Source: Azolla caroliniana (lineage: Eukaryota; Plantae; Polypodiophyta). From it: DNA of 64,000 nt. Every line of letters starts with the position of its first letter. Position 1 is the stretch's first letter. The DNA lies in contig JBHGNT010000001.1 in the NCBI GenBank assembly GCA_043228905.1, positions 27,962,001 to 28,026,000 on the forward strand, written 5' to 3'. A model generated the notes under the pieces. The model made no database searches and was not told where the DNA came from. It worked only from the letters and a program-made list of their open reading frames with translations. The position numbers and the translations under genes were made by a program. Of the stretch, positions 39,827 through 53,848 are shown piece after piece.

Positions 39827-42800
39827 ATGCCTTGTAACAGGCCAAAATTATCTACAAGAGATTACATATTATATGTTGTCTTGTCTTTGAGAACTAAACA
39901 TAGGGTTCTTATGATCTACTTATTTCAGCACTTAAGATTCTGAAGTTAGATAGACTGAAGCTTCTACCTTAAAAAATATGGAGATCTCTAAAGTGAGGAA
40001 CGCACCTTTTGGTGCCATGTGATAATGGCCTTTATTTGTTGGTGACTAAGGTGATGAGGCCATTGTTTAGATTCCACCTCCATATGGCACAATTGGCAAA
40101 TCCATACTTCCATAGATTTGTATGCATATCTATCCATCTCAATTTCTAGTTGATATGAAAAGGTCTTGAGCTGCCCTATCTGGTTGCAGACTGCATAGGA
40201 TAGATGTGTATCCACATAAGAAGGCCTAATGATAAAGCCATCCTGCAACATGCAAAAATACTGCCTTATAGTGGGCCATCATCAATAGATTTGCATGCAT
40301 ATCTACCTATCGCAATCTCTAATTGATGGGAAGCAGTTTTGGCTGCCCTATCTCATTGCAGAATGCATAAGATAGATGTATCCACATAAGAATGCCTAAT
40401 GACGAATCCATCTTGCAACATGCAGGATCCAACTTCAATAGCTCCAAACCAGCGAAACCAATTGACAAATTACCAAAGGTCCAGCCATGAAATGAAACAA
40501 GCTCAGTTCTTTTTCCTAGTGAACAACTTTTCATTGTTATTTTAAAGAGTTCTGATTTTCTCATGCAATTCAGCCAATAATCTTTCAAAGCTGTTCAGAA
40601 CTATGGCATGCTTTATCCCATCTGTGTTGTATACCTAGGGTAGTCTCCTGCATTCATGGCAATTCCTATGGTTACAAAAACAACGAGTTGGTTACCGTCC
40701 CAGCTCTTTTTGCCACCATCCAGGGTAAAATACAGATCCCTACCTCAAGGCACCGCAAGAATATTCTCGAATTTTCTGTCAGCCTATGTCTGAGATTTAA
40801 GGTATGAATATTTTACCTTTTCAATTTAATCCCTCACGTAGTATAGTGGGGCATATTCCTACCAAGAGATGATGCGAGCCTTGTCCATGTTCTCGAACTA
40901 TCCAATTTAATGATATCAGTTTGGACCAAATATGTTACTAGATAGATTTTATTATCGTCCTCAGAGGTCAAACATGACCTATGAGACCAAATGCTAAACA
41001 CTTTCATGTAGTGTGGAATTTAGTGACTCTCGCTGTTCAAGAGATTTACTAAAGAACATCATAATTGAGAGTGCACATTCTGACTATGACAAATGCGTGT
41101 ACGAAATGAACCAGATTGACTAATTGTGTAAAGCAAACAAGAATGTGAGGGAGGAGAATGCATGTACCAAGGTGTGATACTCAAACTCCCGAACTTGTTC
41201 GGTACAAAATATGAATGGTCGATAAGTCTACTCACCTGTGCCCCAATGCTCCAATTCATATCAAAGAGAATGTGACCTAAGTTATATGGATGCAAAGGTG
41301 CGGATGGCAAACAAATATGTACCAGTACGTTCTAATATGTATCGGTGAGTGCGGTTTCACATCTCAGAAAAGACGGTTTCATAGTTTGGTGCAACATATG
41401 TAATATAATATGTGATACATGAGCCTCCAAATCTTTCCCAGGCCGCAATACATTGCTCAAAATAGCCTCACTCATAGAGGAATCCATTGAAGCATCATGA
41501 AGCAAGATAATGCATCCCATCTTCCTATCTTGCATCCATATAGAACCTAAAATTTTGCTTTTACATATCTTTTGAATCATTAGAAAGAGAGATTTTGTGA
41601 GGGGCATCATGGCAACTGGTTGTATGATTGCTAATTTCAGTAGCTGTATGTGTTTAGCTTTGATGATCCTTAGTAAAAAACACATCATCCAACACATCAA
41701 TAATCATATGCAAAATCCATGATCAAGGAGTTCATATGGCCTGGCTGTTACCCAAAATACTCTCCTGCATTCACTAACACAAGAAATAATACCAGAGAAT
41801 TCGGCTCTGAAGATAGACATCATGTTTATTTTCATGAAATAAAGAGAAAACGATTATAATTAGAGAAAAAGTTACCCTCCTTTTCAATGACTAGTCAAAT
41901 ATATAAGATTAGACGGTTCTAAGAATACCATTCAACATGTTGTTCAACTGCATAGCTGTTAGCATCTGCTTCCTCTCTAAGATAATTATTGCAAAGGAAC
42001 CTGAACAAAGAGAATATTGACTTTTATTGCTAACGGACCTATACAAAGAAGATATTAAATTTTTTTTAAATATCAAGAGTAACATGTTGATCTAGGAATT
42101 AAGTAAATCCTCAAACATCTAATAACACGCGGTAATGCAAATGCATGTATGTAGTATGGACATGCATACATATATGTCCATGTTATTATAATACATGCAC
42201 AGCAAGAAAAGCTTTAAAATTTGTGATCTACATTTTATTGACAAAGTTCATAAGCTAACTCTAGATAATAGAACCTTAAGCATTAATGGATGCATGTTTA
42301 TTATTTATGCTTAAAGATAAGAAGTACCAGTATATTGTTGCCAAAAGAAATCCAAACAGCAAGAAGTGAAAGCACACCACTGAAAATATGGTAAAGCATG
42401 CATGAACTATACTCCGAGCATAACTGAAACAAAAATAAACTGTTAAACCAAAAGCATCATCGCGCTTCAGGTATTACAATGATAAATGGTAGTGGAAAAA
42501 ACTGAAATACTCCTGAAGGTTCCTTTATTTTGCCAAAAGCCATTGAGTTTCCAATATTTCAACAAACTTCCTTGGTCAACCCCCGAAATAGAGGAAAAGG
42601 GGAGCATAGAGCATATAATTACCCAAATAACACATACAATTGAGAAAAAAATAAGTTTTGGACCACATAATTATTCTCTTTGCGGGGTTGACCAAGTATA
42701 TAGGGGGACATAATGAAATCTTAGGGAAACTTTAGGAAATAAAGAGAACTCAGATATTTCTGAATGTTTCCTCTATACAGTATAAAACAGAAATACTGAC

Positions 42801-45800
42801 GCTGCACAGTAAGCAGAAGCAGCAATCATAAGCAATATGCTGCAAATCACCACAAAAGCTGGATCATCTCTGGCCCATTGATTCTTTGTTTCTGCATGAG
42901 CAAAACATAATTTAACATTTGCTTCTTTGATAGTTTTCGCAACAAGAGATTTGTGAATTGTAATTTATTAATTGTTACCATCAGTATTGGTACTATAATT
43001 TCACCAATTACTTACGTTTATGATACTTTGTTTGCTGATATCTGAACAATCAACAGAACAAATCATCAACACAGAAATATTAGTTTTTTGAAATAGACAA
43101 TCAAATGGCTCATTAACAGATATGTTCTTTCGAAAGATACAATAATAACCTATAGAATAAAAACACAAGATTCTATAATCAAGGACAAATTGATAATTAA
43201 GGCTATGTTAAAAACAATAGTGGTTTTCATGCTGCACAATATATAGCAAAAGTTGTAATAAGCTGTTTCCCACAAACTCTCAATAAAAGAAAGAAACGTT
43301 TGGAGTTAGTACGAGTGGAGCCAAAAAACTTACACAACACTTGGTGAAGTACACAGCTGAAGCATCTGCCAAAATGTGTACTCTACATCCATTTGTCTCC
43401 ACTGAAAAACATGCATTTTTTTGTATTAGCCAGGTTCCATTTTATGTCCCATCCAAACTATAAAACCTTAATACAAAGCCTGACATGAACCACAGAAGCA
43501 TACACACAGTAAAGGGGGAGATCCAACTCAACTCCCAGGGATACAGAAAACATGGGCTCTCCTCCAATCCTGAGAGCTATCAGTGAAGGTGATATCCTTG
43601 ACTCTTATCAGCATTCCATACCACCAAAACATCTATTGGATACGAGAGAATCATGTTCTAGAGCTTGAATTCCAGTAGTGATCACCCAATGATCAACAAA
43701 TGAGATCTAGAACCCTTTTTAAGAATGCACTCAGACAATACTAATGTTGAGCAGGATGCTACGGACACAACACCTCAGTTGAGCGTTAAATCCTTTAAAA
43801 TATGTATCCAATGCCTTTTTGTTTAACAATGGCTTTATATTATTTGTACAGGCCGAGTGAAAGCGGTGGTCAGTTAGCTACCACCCTGAGATAAGCAATC
43901 GATGATTCTCCAGAATAGGTGCCCAGTAAAATCCTTCAAAATATGCCTTGTGGCCTAGTTCTGAGAAGGTTGAAGTGAAGTAAAAAAAGCAGCGGCAGCC
44001 AAGAAACTCAGCTATATCACTGAAAGATACCTAATACCATATAAGAACTCGCATTAGGCTGGCATATAAATGCCAATTAACGATACCAAAAACCCAATAA
44101 GCGTTAATGGAACCCTGCCTTTTTTCCTCAGTTGCCTAGGAAGAACTAAAACCTCTCTCTCTCCCTTTTATTTTCGTGGAGAAGTTTATCCTAGTTGGAA
44201 CCCATATTTTTAGTGATCCATATACCTTCGTTCAAATCCAGATTCAGCCTAAGTTAGGATTCGCCTGCAGATCTGATCTATTTTCAGTGTTTCACATGTT
44301 GATCCGATCTGATTTGAGGGTTTCTATAACAGATCTAATTTGTTTTCTAGGTTTTCACTAGCACACGTGAGCTACTTCTAGGGTTTTTAATCCAATGTAC
44401 AACAGATAGTTTATTGTTTCTGTTCCTTTCCTATTAACAATAACCACCTCTCCCTCTCTATGATTTAAGAAAATTAGCTTGCCATCTCTTTATCTCTGCC
44501 ACGGACACTAAAATTCTGCTGTTCTCTCTCTCTCTCTCTCTGCCCAAAAACTTAGAAAAGCATGATTGTGTCTTATACAAAGCTAATGCCATCACTACAT
44601 GGAAACATACATTGTTTGCCAATAATATGGGCCTCTAAATCCACCTATATCGTGCTGAAATGAGACTATAGCATCTGGTTATGTGTTTGAAGGCTACACC
44701 CAATCCTCGAAACTTAAATCTAGCAGCATAATAGTCACTCCCGGATCCAAAGGCACCATTCATGAATTGTGTTAGCACTCGCTCACCACTGGGTAACTTG
44801 TCATTGCTTTCGTAAGGAGCTAACTATTTGAAACTCCATGTTCATGATAAATGAGGCTGAGGCTGAGAAAATGATGACAAATCTCTTCTATAAGTAGAGG
44901 TGGATGTGGAATAAGGGATAGACTAAATGTGTCAAATAATGTAAAGAGCTCATGAACAAAGAGAGGATACAAAATGCATCTCAGACCGCACAGAAGCCTC
45001 TAGCTAATACCTTCAGTTAGGTGTTTACAAATGATATTGGTTAACCATAGAATCCCACTCATACTGAGGTGACATAGACTAGGAATTAAGGTAGGAATGA
45101 GGTAGACCAAAGCACATGGTTAGCTAGCCCTTTATATAATCATAGATCATAGGCTTATGCCCCACGCATAGGCATCCAGATTGTGGCCAGACAAACAACA
45201 TCCAGTTTGTAGTGCTAACCAACTCTTAATCAAATGTTGAGGAAATGACGTAAATTATTCTCTGTAAATTATTCTGTAATAGTGGGAGCCCTAGCTGTCT
45301 CCTATTCTATGCACCTATTTTGTAATGAAGAGGGCAGTCTACAGCAAAGACTCTGTAAAGGGATCATCCCCCTGACATTGGAGACCCTGTGGAGAGGTGG
45401 AGACTTTGCTCTATCCTGGTGTCTCTTTTTCGCCTATTTTTTTATCTTGATCCTGCATTCCATTTTTTCCCTTCTCACAGATGTATTCTTAGGATGAATG
45501 TTACTTACCGCTGCATGTATGCATTCTGTTTTTGGTCTACTATATTCTGTAAACCCCTCAAAACATAGTTATTTTATTGCTAATAACAAGCAATGACATC
45601 TGCATATTGGAGACATTAACATTGGACAACATCCACGAAAACTTCTACATTATGACCACAATGATAACATACGAAATGATGAGAATATTGATGCTAATTT
45701 GCTCCAAAATGCAGACCAGAATGCATATAATTCAATCGGGGTCGTGAAAACTAGATGTACATTGTATTTTTACCTTATAAGAATACAAAAAACTGCTCCC

Positions 45801-46437
45801 AAAGTCGTTACCCATGGGTAAACTGGTAATAGTATGTGTTCTTCTATACAAAAATACTGGATTTTTCTGGGTTTTACGTATTAACTCGGGCACATGTTCA
45901 AAAATAGTGCAAAGATCTAGATTTTGATTGGTTTGAAAAAGCAATTTTTCATAAGCCTCAGGTGAATACGAGATATTGGAGCAGTTCTAGTGACTCCCTC
46001 AAGGAATAAAATTCACTGTTTCTTCTTTTTTTCCTTCTATTGTTTTTGTTTCTCCTCCGTTTGTCAAGAGCGAAATGGCATGATGAAAAAACTACATATT
46101 TAAAAGTCATTACTTCTTTTCTCTTTATTAGTCCTTCTTGCTCTCCCAGCTCTATTTCAACTTTTATACCTAAGCATGTGCACTTTGTTTCCTTCTTTTA
46201 TCAGCAGCACAGACTCAAATCTAAGTTCTACGAAAACAAAATAGATCTATATTCTTCTCGATTTCAAATCGATCGATGCAGTCACATGATATAAGGTACT
46301 CACCAATTAGAAAGACGAGGAAGAAAGAGACTACGAAGAAATCGTACCTTAACAATCCGACCAAGATACTGCATCAAGAGGGAGTTCTGACGGAAGCCTG
46401 AAGGTTGGCGATGCCGATTTGAGCTCGTGGGAAGCAT
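37059..46437 (-). CDS. UNC50: UNC-50/GMH1 family Golgi membrane protein, complete copy A, 10 coding exons, 250 aa
   Basis: Exons 46437-46348, 43401-43334, 43041-43016, 42891-42801, 42423-42328, 42000-41929, 37762-37704, 37597-37475, 37397-37326 and 37114-37059. Motifs QMDVEYTFWQM, KQTKNQWARDDPAF, VEWLYAFDVHCN and YYHYLNFLGY. Confidence 0.93.
38770..39839 (+). mobile_element. Possible solo LTR or LTR-like insertion in UNC-50 intron 6
   Basis: TG...CA ends flanked by GGCC/GGCC, internal CCTATATAAATACC followed by a GA-rich tract, GC-richer than its surroundings. Boundaries are tentative. Confidence 0.3.
40112..40424. repeat. Two-copy direct repeat (~140 bp, 173-bp period)
   Basis: ATAGATTTG.ATGCATATCTA..GCTGCCCTATCT..TATCCACATAAGAA.GCCTAATGA..TGCAACATGCA at 40112 and 40285. 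Confidence 0.75.
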
Positions 46438-46573
46438 CGTAGCTTCAACTCTGAGTGTCTGTGAAGGGGGAGAGGTAAATACAGAGATTACAAAAACAAG
46501 TTTTTTAGCCTTATGTATGTATGTATGTATATATGTATGTATGTATGTATGTATGTAATGTTTGTAATGTTTG
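42689..46573. repeat. Segmental direct repeat, copy A (~3.9 kb; partner 55589-59474)
   Basis: Line-by-line near identity at an offset of 12900/12901. Confidence 0.97.
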
Positions 46574-46580
46574 TATGTAT
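46513..46580. repeat. (TATG)n microsatellite next to the MULE terminus
   Basis: Direct reading; equivalent arrays at 59414-59550 and 61345-61400. Confidence 0.9.
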
Positions 46581-47232
46581 GCGACGTGTCTATTATGACA
46601 CAAAGCTCGTGTCTATTCTGCATCAAATCATAAAGAGGGTTGGCGAGGGAATCGCAGCCACAGACGGTGCAGGTCACTTAGAGGAAGGCGCGTGCGATAT
46701 GCACCGTCAGATTTCGATAAGGAAGAATGCGCGAAAAAAAAGTTTGTTAGAGGTCGCCCAACTCCGAGTCGATGGTCGCTTAACCCTGTTAGAGGTCGCC
46801 CAACTCTGACTGTTGCAAGTCGCCCAACTGTTTTAGGTCACCCAACCCTGACATTTGCAGGTTGCCTAATTGATTGATCACCCAACCGTTGCAGGTCGCC
46901 TAACCAAATGTATCATTTCGACCAAAATCTTCAAATAAGCTTGTTCATTACCCTTATAATTTACAATAACATATCAAACAGTCACAAAATCCAACCTTAA
47001 ATTATTCAAAATCGACAATCTTTACCATACTTATGTTAAAACAAATAATCATATTAAAACATAAAAGTTAAAAGTTAAAAAACTTAAAACTTAAAACAGA
47101 GAACGTAAATCCACTTTAAACACTGTAAACCCAAATCAAAGGATGGCATACTTGAAATAGGAAACTTAAAACATAAATCAACATATGACATACCCCCAAA
47201 TGCACCGGTCCGCAAAACCACTCAAGCTATGT

Positions 47233-50138
47233 TTATGGCTCATCCGGAGATGATGGCAAGATTCGACTACAATTCTTGCAACAATCAACATTTGAGTCCC
47301 TTGATCTAAAGGTCAAGGCTTCACAATGCAAGTATCGCATCTTCTCTATCGCACATATTGGCAACCGCCTCCTAGCTCGACTTGCGCCTCTTTGCATTTT
47401 TCCTGTTTGTGCCTTGGAAGTGTTTGGGGAGTTGCCAATAAGATCTTGTGAAATGTTGATTGATGCTCCCCTTTTTGCACCAATTGCTTGCTTATGCCCT
47501 ATGGATCCACGGTCTTCTTCATTGGTTGGTTTCAGTGCACCTAGGTGATACACTAGCGTCTGAAGTATTTCTTCAATGGACTCCATACATGCCAAAATTG
47601 TTGCACGGTTGAGGGATCATAACCCTTGCCTAAGACATTGAATAGTCCCCCTCAACCATTTGTATTTTCGACTCCCATTCCTCCATTTGTGGTTCTACCT
47701 CTGTCTCCACTTCCGTCCCTGTGAAATTGTCATTGCGCATATGGGTTGCATGATCTATAAAAGGCAACGACCCACATAGATGTGGCATGTGCCTCTCAAT
47801 AATCATCCTGATGCCGAGTATATGCTTACATTTACTTGTAGGGTCTTGGCAATCACAATATGAACATTGGAGCAATACATTATACCATACATTCGACCAT
47901 GTTATTGACCTCCTTTGGTATAATAAACCAATATCGGGGCTCGTTCACAATATGCATTGTCGCATCATTAGTTTCATACCTCTCTAGTAGCCTTTCGGCC
48001 TCTTTAAGTCTTGTTGTTTGATCCCTACAATTTGCACGTGGTGCAAATCCACCACTCTCACATATTTCTTGTTGTTGCTTATACCATTCAATAACAATAC
48101 CCCCGATGCAAGTGCCAGATTGACTGTCCCTGATTAAAACATGCACAAGATCGGCAATTGATCGGTTTATCCTCCCTCTTAAGGCAGTATATTTGATCAA
48201 CTACCAATGTCTCTCCACAAGATTGGTAGTGTCAACATGTCCGTAGTTGAACATTCTACCAAATTTAGGCCATAGTTTCCTCCACACACATGTCAAGCCA
48301 CACCATCCTCCTTATATATATTGCCAAACACCTGACTTGTTTGCATATTCTACCTTTAACTCCTCACATTGGGCATTGAATGTGGATTCTGTAATGCATT
48401 GCATGAGTTGGCACATCCGATTATAAAGATGGTTTCTCTCAGTTACACTTACCTTTGGCAACAAGTTGTCCAACCATGCTTTTTTTGTGTGGAAGTGACA
48501 CAACAAAAGTCGACAATGTGTTTGCGACCTTTGCCCATTTGTAACTATCCAAGATAATCGGTCTATTGCAACCACATTACTTATGGCATTATATGATGTC
48601 CAACTTTTATCGATGACTATGACATTTGGCCTCACATTGGGCATCCATGCGAATATGACTCTCAAGCAAGTTTCTAAAGCTACTTGCTCATGGTTAGACC
48701 CCTTATCAGAACTACATATCATGTACCATAATGGGATACCAACTCCCATGGCATTTGGGGCCACAACTACATATAATGGCAAGCCAAATTGGTTTGTTTT
48801 AAACGTGGAGTCGATTGCCCAAGAGTTGGTTATTGACAATCGCTCACACATCTCTAACATCCATTCATCTTGGAGCACCAAGATGAATGGTTGCCTTGCG
48901 GGAGATCCATATTCACCATGCAAGTAGGGTTGGACATGAGCCACCTTCCCAAGATCTCGGAGGGCATAAGCATCTTGCATCATCAAAGACCAATCAACCC
49001 CTGACATGGCACTCCCAATTTTTAACTTGTTGGCCATGTTATTGGCCTCCTTTGGTATCATAAAGAACCTATAACTCACAAGGTCTAATGGACTAGCCTT
49101 GGAGTTATGATATGCTTCCTTACGCATGCTCATCCGTGCCACATGTCGTGCGCAACCAACATAAAAAAGGTCATCTCTACAACAACTTATAATATTTGGG
49201 GCCACTAGCAAATAGTACGCATATGGTCTACTTCCCGATACATGACCCGTATGAGGTCCATATATTGAAAGGGTCATTGTCCCATGGTCAACCCCGCCAT
49301 TCATTCGAGCGTTCACATAAAAAGTACACCCACATCGAGATGAATGCTTTCTACGTCGAGTGCATGGATATTGCTTGTTGGCCACACCGCATCGGTGACA
49401 ATTATACCTAGTCACGTGTGCACCCCTTGTGACCCCTGTACGGAAGCGTGTGTGATACCTCAATTGAACATCTATGAGTGTATCATCAACCCTATGTGCC
49501 TCTATCTTGATCACTTCTATGGGTCTAGACTTTTTATATTTCACGACACTTGTCCCCTCCATGTCAGATGGAGTTAACCTCGACACAACTTGACAACCAC
49601 ATTGGTCAATCACTGCTTTCACATACGCACTTGGGATCCCATGGTCAGGAAGGTCATTGGACCAAAGTCTCTTTAACTCTGTCAAAGTACCTGTCAAAGA
49701 ACGGTGCGATGCGCCACAATGTGATGCCAGTACTATCTCCCTCCATTTCTCTACGTGTGTAATCTAAAGATGAGGCAATGCCTTAAGGTGTATTGCATTC
49801 TCATTTCTAAGCGTGAGACGACTCTTCATGCGCCTCCATGCATGTAAATTAAGAGGTGCACCCCTTGCGAGTGTGCTTAATATTTCAAATGTTACCTTAA
49901 CTTGACCCAATAAATCTTTAAGCATTAAATCGTACGTACCTCTAGTGAACGCAAAATACCTCGTCGAACAATACATGAAGGGATCAACCTCCTTCACCTC
50001 TTCTTCGAATGAAGGCGACTCATAGTCTTCGGATGTAGACGAATCCAAGTCTTCGTCGATGGTTGCGGAGTATGGTGATGCATAACCATCCTCAGAATCA
50101 TACAAGGACGTGATGAAATCTATTTCATTTGGATTCAT
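47233..50138 (-). pseudogene. MULE DDE transposase (WRKY/FAR1-like zinc finger, MULE core, SWIM), interrupted by stops and frameshifts
   Basis: Collinear ORF pieces 50138-49764, 49697-48312, 48200-47880, 47875-47630 and 47595-47233. Motifs YNCHR..SSRCGC..HTGH, WAIDSTFKTNQFGLPLY, IVIDKS, LLCHFH (CxxH), TTNLVERHW and SWIM CDCQD..KCKHI. Confidence 0.88.
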
Positions 50139-50164
50139 CTCAACAAGTTGGTTTTCTTGTAGTG

Positions 50165-51075
50165 ATTAATCAAAGGTAATTTAAGTTAGAGAATGTGATT
50201 AAGTGAATTTGATTAAGACAGAGATTATGATTAAGATAGAGACAGTGATTATAAGAATCTGATTAAGCTAGAGAATGTAATTAATTGAACCTAATTAAGA
50301 TAAAGAATTTGATTAATTGAACCTGATTAAGATAGAGAATGTGATTATAAGAATGTGATTAAGACAGAGAATGTGATTATAAGAACTTGATTAAGACAAA
50401 GAATGTGATTAATTGCTTCAAATTAAGATAGAGAATGTGATTAATTGAATCTGATCTTAAAAGGTAATTAACTGGAGATGGAATCAACTCTAATTAAAAT
50501 GATGGTGAAGGGTTTAATGTGACTTAAAATGTGATTAATTTACATGTTAATATGACCGTTTTTTTGGCCGTTGGATTATGGTTAGGTGACCATATTAGAA
50601 GAGGTTGGGCAACCTGGATTATGAAGTTTGGGCAACCTGGTTAGGTGACCATATTAAAAGAGAATTAATTTTAAGAGGTTTGGGCAACTTGATTGCGTGA
50701 CCATATCAAAAGAGAATTAATTTTAAGAGGTTTGGGCAACTTGGTTTATTACCATTGATATTTTTTACAACGGTTCAGAGATAGATTGGTTTAAAACAAC
50801 TTTTTCAAATCAGCTCTTTCGAAGAGATTAGCTTTTTCGCAAATCAATTGGTTTACATTTGAGATTGGTTTAAAACAACAAACCAACTTGAGATAAACAA
50901 CTTGAGATTGGTTAAAACATCAAATCTATTGAAGATCACAACTAGCTCGAAACTTTTAAAACAACACATCAATTTTAGACCACAACTTAGATTGGTTTAA
51001 AACAGCAAATCAACTTTAGATCACAACTTGTGATTGGTTTAAAACAACAAATCAACTTGAGATAAACACTTGTTG
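50165..51075. repeat. Three adjacent short-motif tandem arrays inside the MULE
   Basis: GATTAAGATAGAGAATGT-like at 50165-50460, TTGGGCAACCTGG/GGTTAGGTGACC at 50575-50745, GATTGGTTTAAAACAAC at 50780-51075. Confidence 0.8.
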
Positions 51076-51313
51076 TAAACAACATTTCCATTAATAAGTG
51101 ATCGCGATATACAATGAGTCAATTCTCGCTATAAAAAATTTGTGTGGATTCCAAAATATAGTTACAACATTAGCTCTATAACAAAATCTGTGTTAAAAAC
51201 ATTCACAAAATTTACAATATGGAGCCACCAGTCGCAAAATCCTAGTACCCTTCACGCCCACTCGTCCACATGAATCCGAAGTGAATCCACTTCACGTTTG
51301 GTGAACCACATCT

Positions 51314-53051
51314 CTATGCCCTGTCACCACATGAATAAGGCATTGCAATTACACTTAGAAAAGTCAGAGATATCCATCTTTGTAAGAACTCCCCCACCAA
51401 CATTTGGATAGTCTTCATCACGTAAACGCCACAATCCCAACAATTTGGCTGAGTTGGGATGTGCAATACATGATGTCGACCCTCGGGTACAATGGTGTGG
51501 TCTGACGGTTTAGATGAAATTTTCCGAATAGTCAACTCTGCCATTCTCTGCATGTTGTTAGTTGTTGCCTTGTTCAATGGATCGCAGAAGACTACTTTGC
51601 TAGTTAACTTAGCAATTTTTTGTCGCTTCTTCGTCCACAACACCCAATGCTTGTGAAGCACGATCGGAATGAACATAAAATCACATTTAGCCACCTTCTC
51701 CTAAGGTTGGCTTGCCCCTTCATCGTCTGCTGATGTAGCGGCACCTAAAGTGGATCGACGACGGTGAAGCGTTTTGTCACCTCGAGTGGTAACGAGTACT
51801 CCATCCACAACATGAATAAGGTCATAGTCCACGTCGATGCCATTTTACGACACTTGCACATGGTCTTAAGATCTGACTTAGTAACATCAAGGGCCAAATC
51901 AAGATGTTGGCAGGTCAGTTGGTACCTGAATGCATAGAAATATGTAATTTGAGTAGGTACATCACACCCTATGTCAGTTAGTAGGATACTACTTTATATT
52001 TCACATAAACCCTACCTGGAAAAGTGTTTATTTCGTGTTTGGATCCATAACATTATGCCCTTACCATGCTGAATTTGAACTATTGCCACATCCGGTGCAG
52101 CATCATCTGAATCTGATGTTAGGGAATAAACATAGGTGTTTGACTCGACCTCCTTCTGTTGGACTAGCATCTTCTGTCGTCTTCTTCTTGGTGGAGTGGA
52201 CACACCACCCTCAGATGGGTTTAGAGCCTCATCCATATCCGTGGACACACCCTACGGTTGGGTGGATATCCCCGCCTTTTTACACTGTTTCACCACATGT
52301 TATTATCTAAATTCTGCAAATAAACCCTCCAAAACATATTTGAAATGAAATCTTCGCTCATACTTACATAAGAATCCAAACCGGATTCTATCTTCTTTGT
52401 CAACATCTCCAAACGCTCATCCTTTTTGGAGTCGTATATGACCATCTCGTTGTCCATGAATCGCGCCACGAACTCTGCCTCTGTGTCAAGAAGGAATTCA
52501 ACAGGAATAGAGTTGTACCTCGAAATAGCCCTAACCTTCAACTTCCGGATATATGTTTGCCGATTTTTGTTGTACTTGATTTCGAGGTCCATGAATCTTC
52601 TAAGTGATCTCTGACGCTCATAACTATTAAAGCATGCCCCCGGAATACCCTCCTCCTCTATACGCATCCCTAGTGGTAGGACTATGTATATTCCATGTTC
52701 CTTGCATAAATGTGATTCCATGTCACTTTTTTTGCGATATCGCCTTGGCGAGAGGCGGCAATACTCAATATAGATACACGCACAAGCCTTGTTCCCATTT
52801 GCATCTCTTCCAACCTTATACAATGAGTCTGGGCGAGGAGCATCTGTTCTTTTTGTATGTGTTACATATTTAAGATTGACATAAAGATTGACATAAAGAT
52901 TGACATATTGCAACGACACCAAATCCACATACCATTTGGAGGAACATCTTGGTCGAATGTTGCCATGGCATGTATGGGCTCGATCTAAGACACATGTGTC
53001 TGATCCATTCTGTCCCCACTCGTACACATGTCGGCTAACGAACTTCGCCAA
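51314..53051 (-). pseudogene. MULE accessory gene: putative C2H2-like zinc finger, unknown region and Ulp1/C48 SUMO-protease domain (left arm)
   Basis: C48 catalytic motifs FIPIVLHKHWVLW, FCDPL and QPNCWDCGVYVM. Upstream ORF has CIYIEYC..DMESHLCKEH. A GT-AG intron at ~52016-51926 joins the parts. Stops and frameshifts are present. Confidence 0.75.
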
Positions 53052-53848
53052 TATCTTCTAACGGAGACCCTTTAACAAATCATAAGTCAACATACATGCA
53101 TCAAACCCTAAACCAGTATTAGGGGAGATTGGTTCGTGACATACCTCTCTTGAGTTGGATATATGTCACTATTATCGAAATTTCACCAATCTTTGTACTT
53201 GGACTTGGAAGCCATTTACCACCATTCAAGTAATCAAACATTTTTTTGAATTTAATACTCTTAAGTTTAAGCAAGCAAATCATTAAACTCGAAACTCGAA
53301 ACCTTAATCCCTCACTTCCAAATCTCCCCATATGTTATATCCCACTTATCATGTTGCAATAATTAGATTAAGCAAGAATGAGACTCAAATCCCAATATCC
53401 TATAAAATAAGTACTTTTGACATGATTAAGTTTATGTAAGATGAGGCCCTAGTCCCTAAAGATGAATAGTTTTACATTAATTCGAATTTCAACATTTGTC
53501 TCATTGGGATTTGAGTCTCATTCTTGCTTAATCTAATTATTGCAACATGATAAGTGGGATATAACATATGGGGAGATTTGGAAGTGAGGGATTAAGGTTT
53601 CGAGTTTCGAGTTTAATGATTTACTTGCTTAAACTTAAGAGTATTAAAAATCAAAAAAATGTTTGATTACTTGAATGGTGGTAAATGGCTTCCAAGTCCA
53701 AGTACAAAGATTGGTGAAATTTCGATAACAATGACATATATCCAACTCAAGAGAGGTATGTCACGAACCAATCTCCCCTAATACTGGTTTAGGGTTTGAT
53801 GCATGTATGTTGACTCATGATTTGTTAAAGGGTCTCCGTTAGAAGATA

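Noticed and set aside
40440-41760. Coding-like decayed sequence in UNC-50 intron 6
   Set aside because: No recognisable protein motif in the frames I read; needs a translated search
50165-51075. Repeat arrays as a CRISPR-like array
   Set aside because: Repeats are degenerate with no unique equal-length spacers, there are no cas genes, and the context is a eukaryotic transposon
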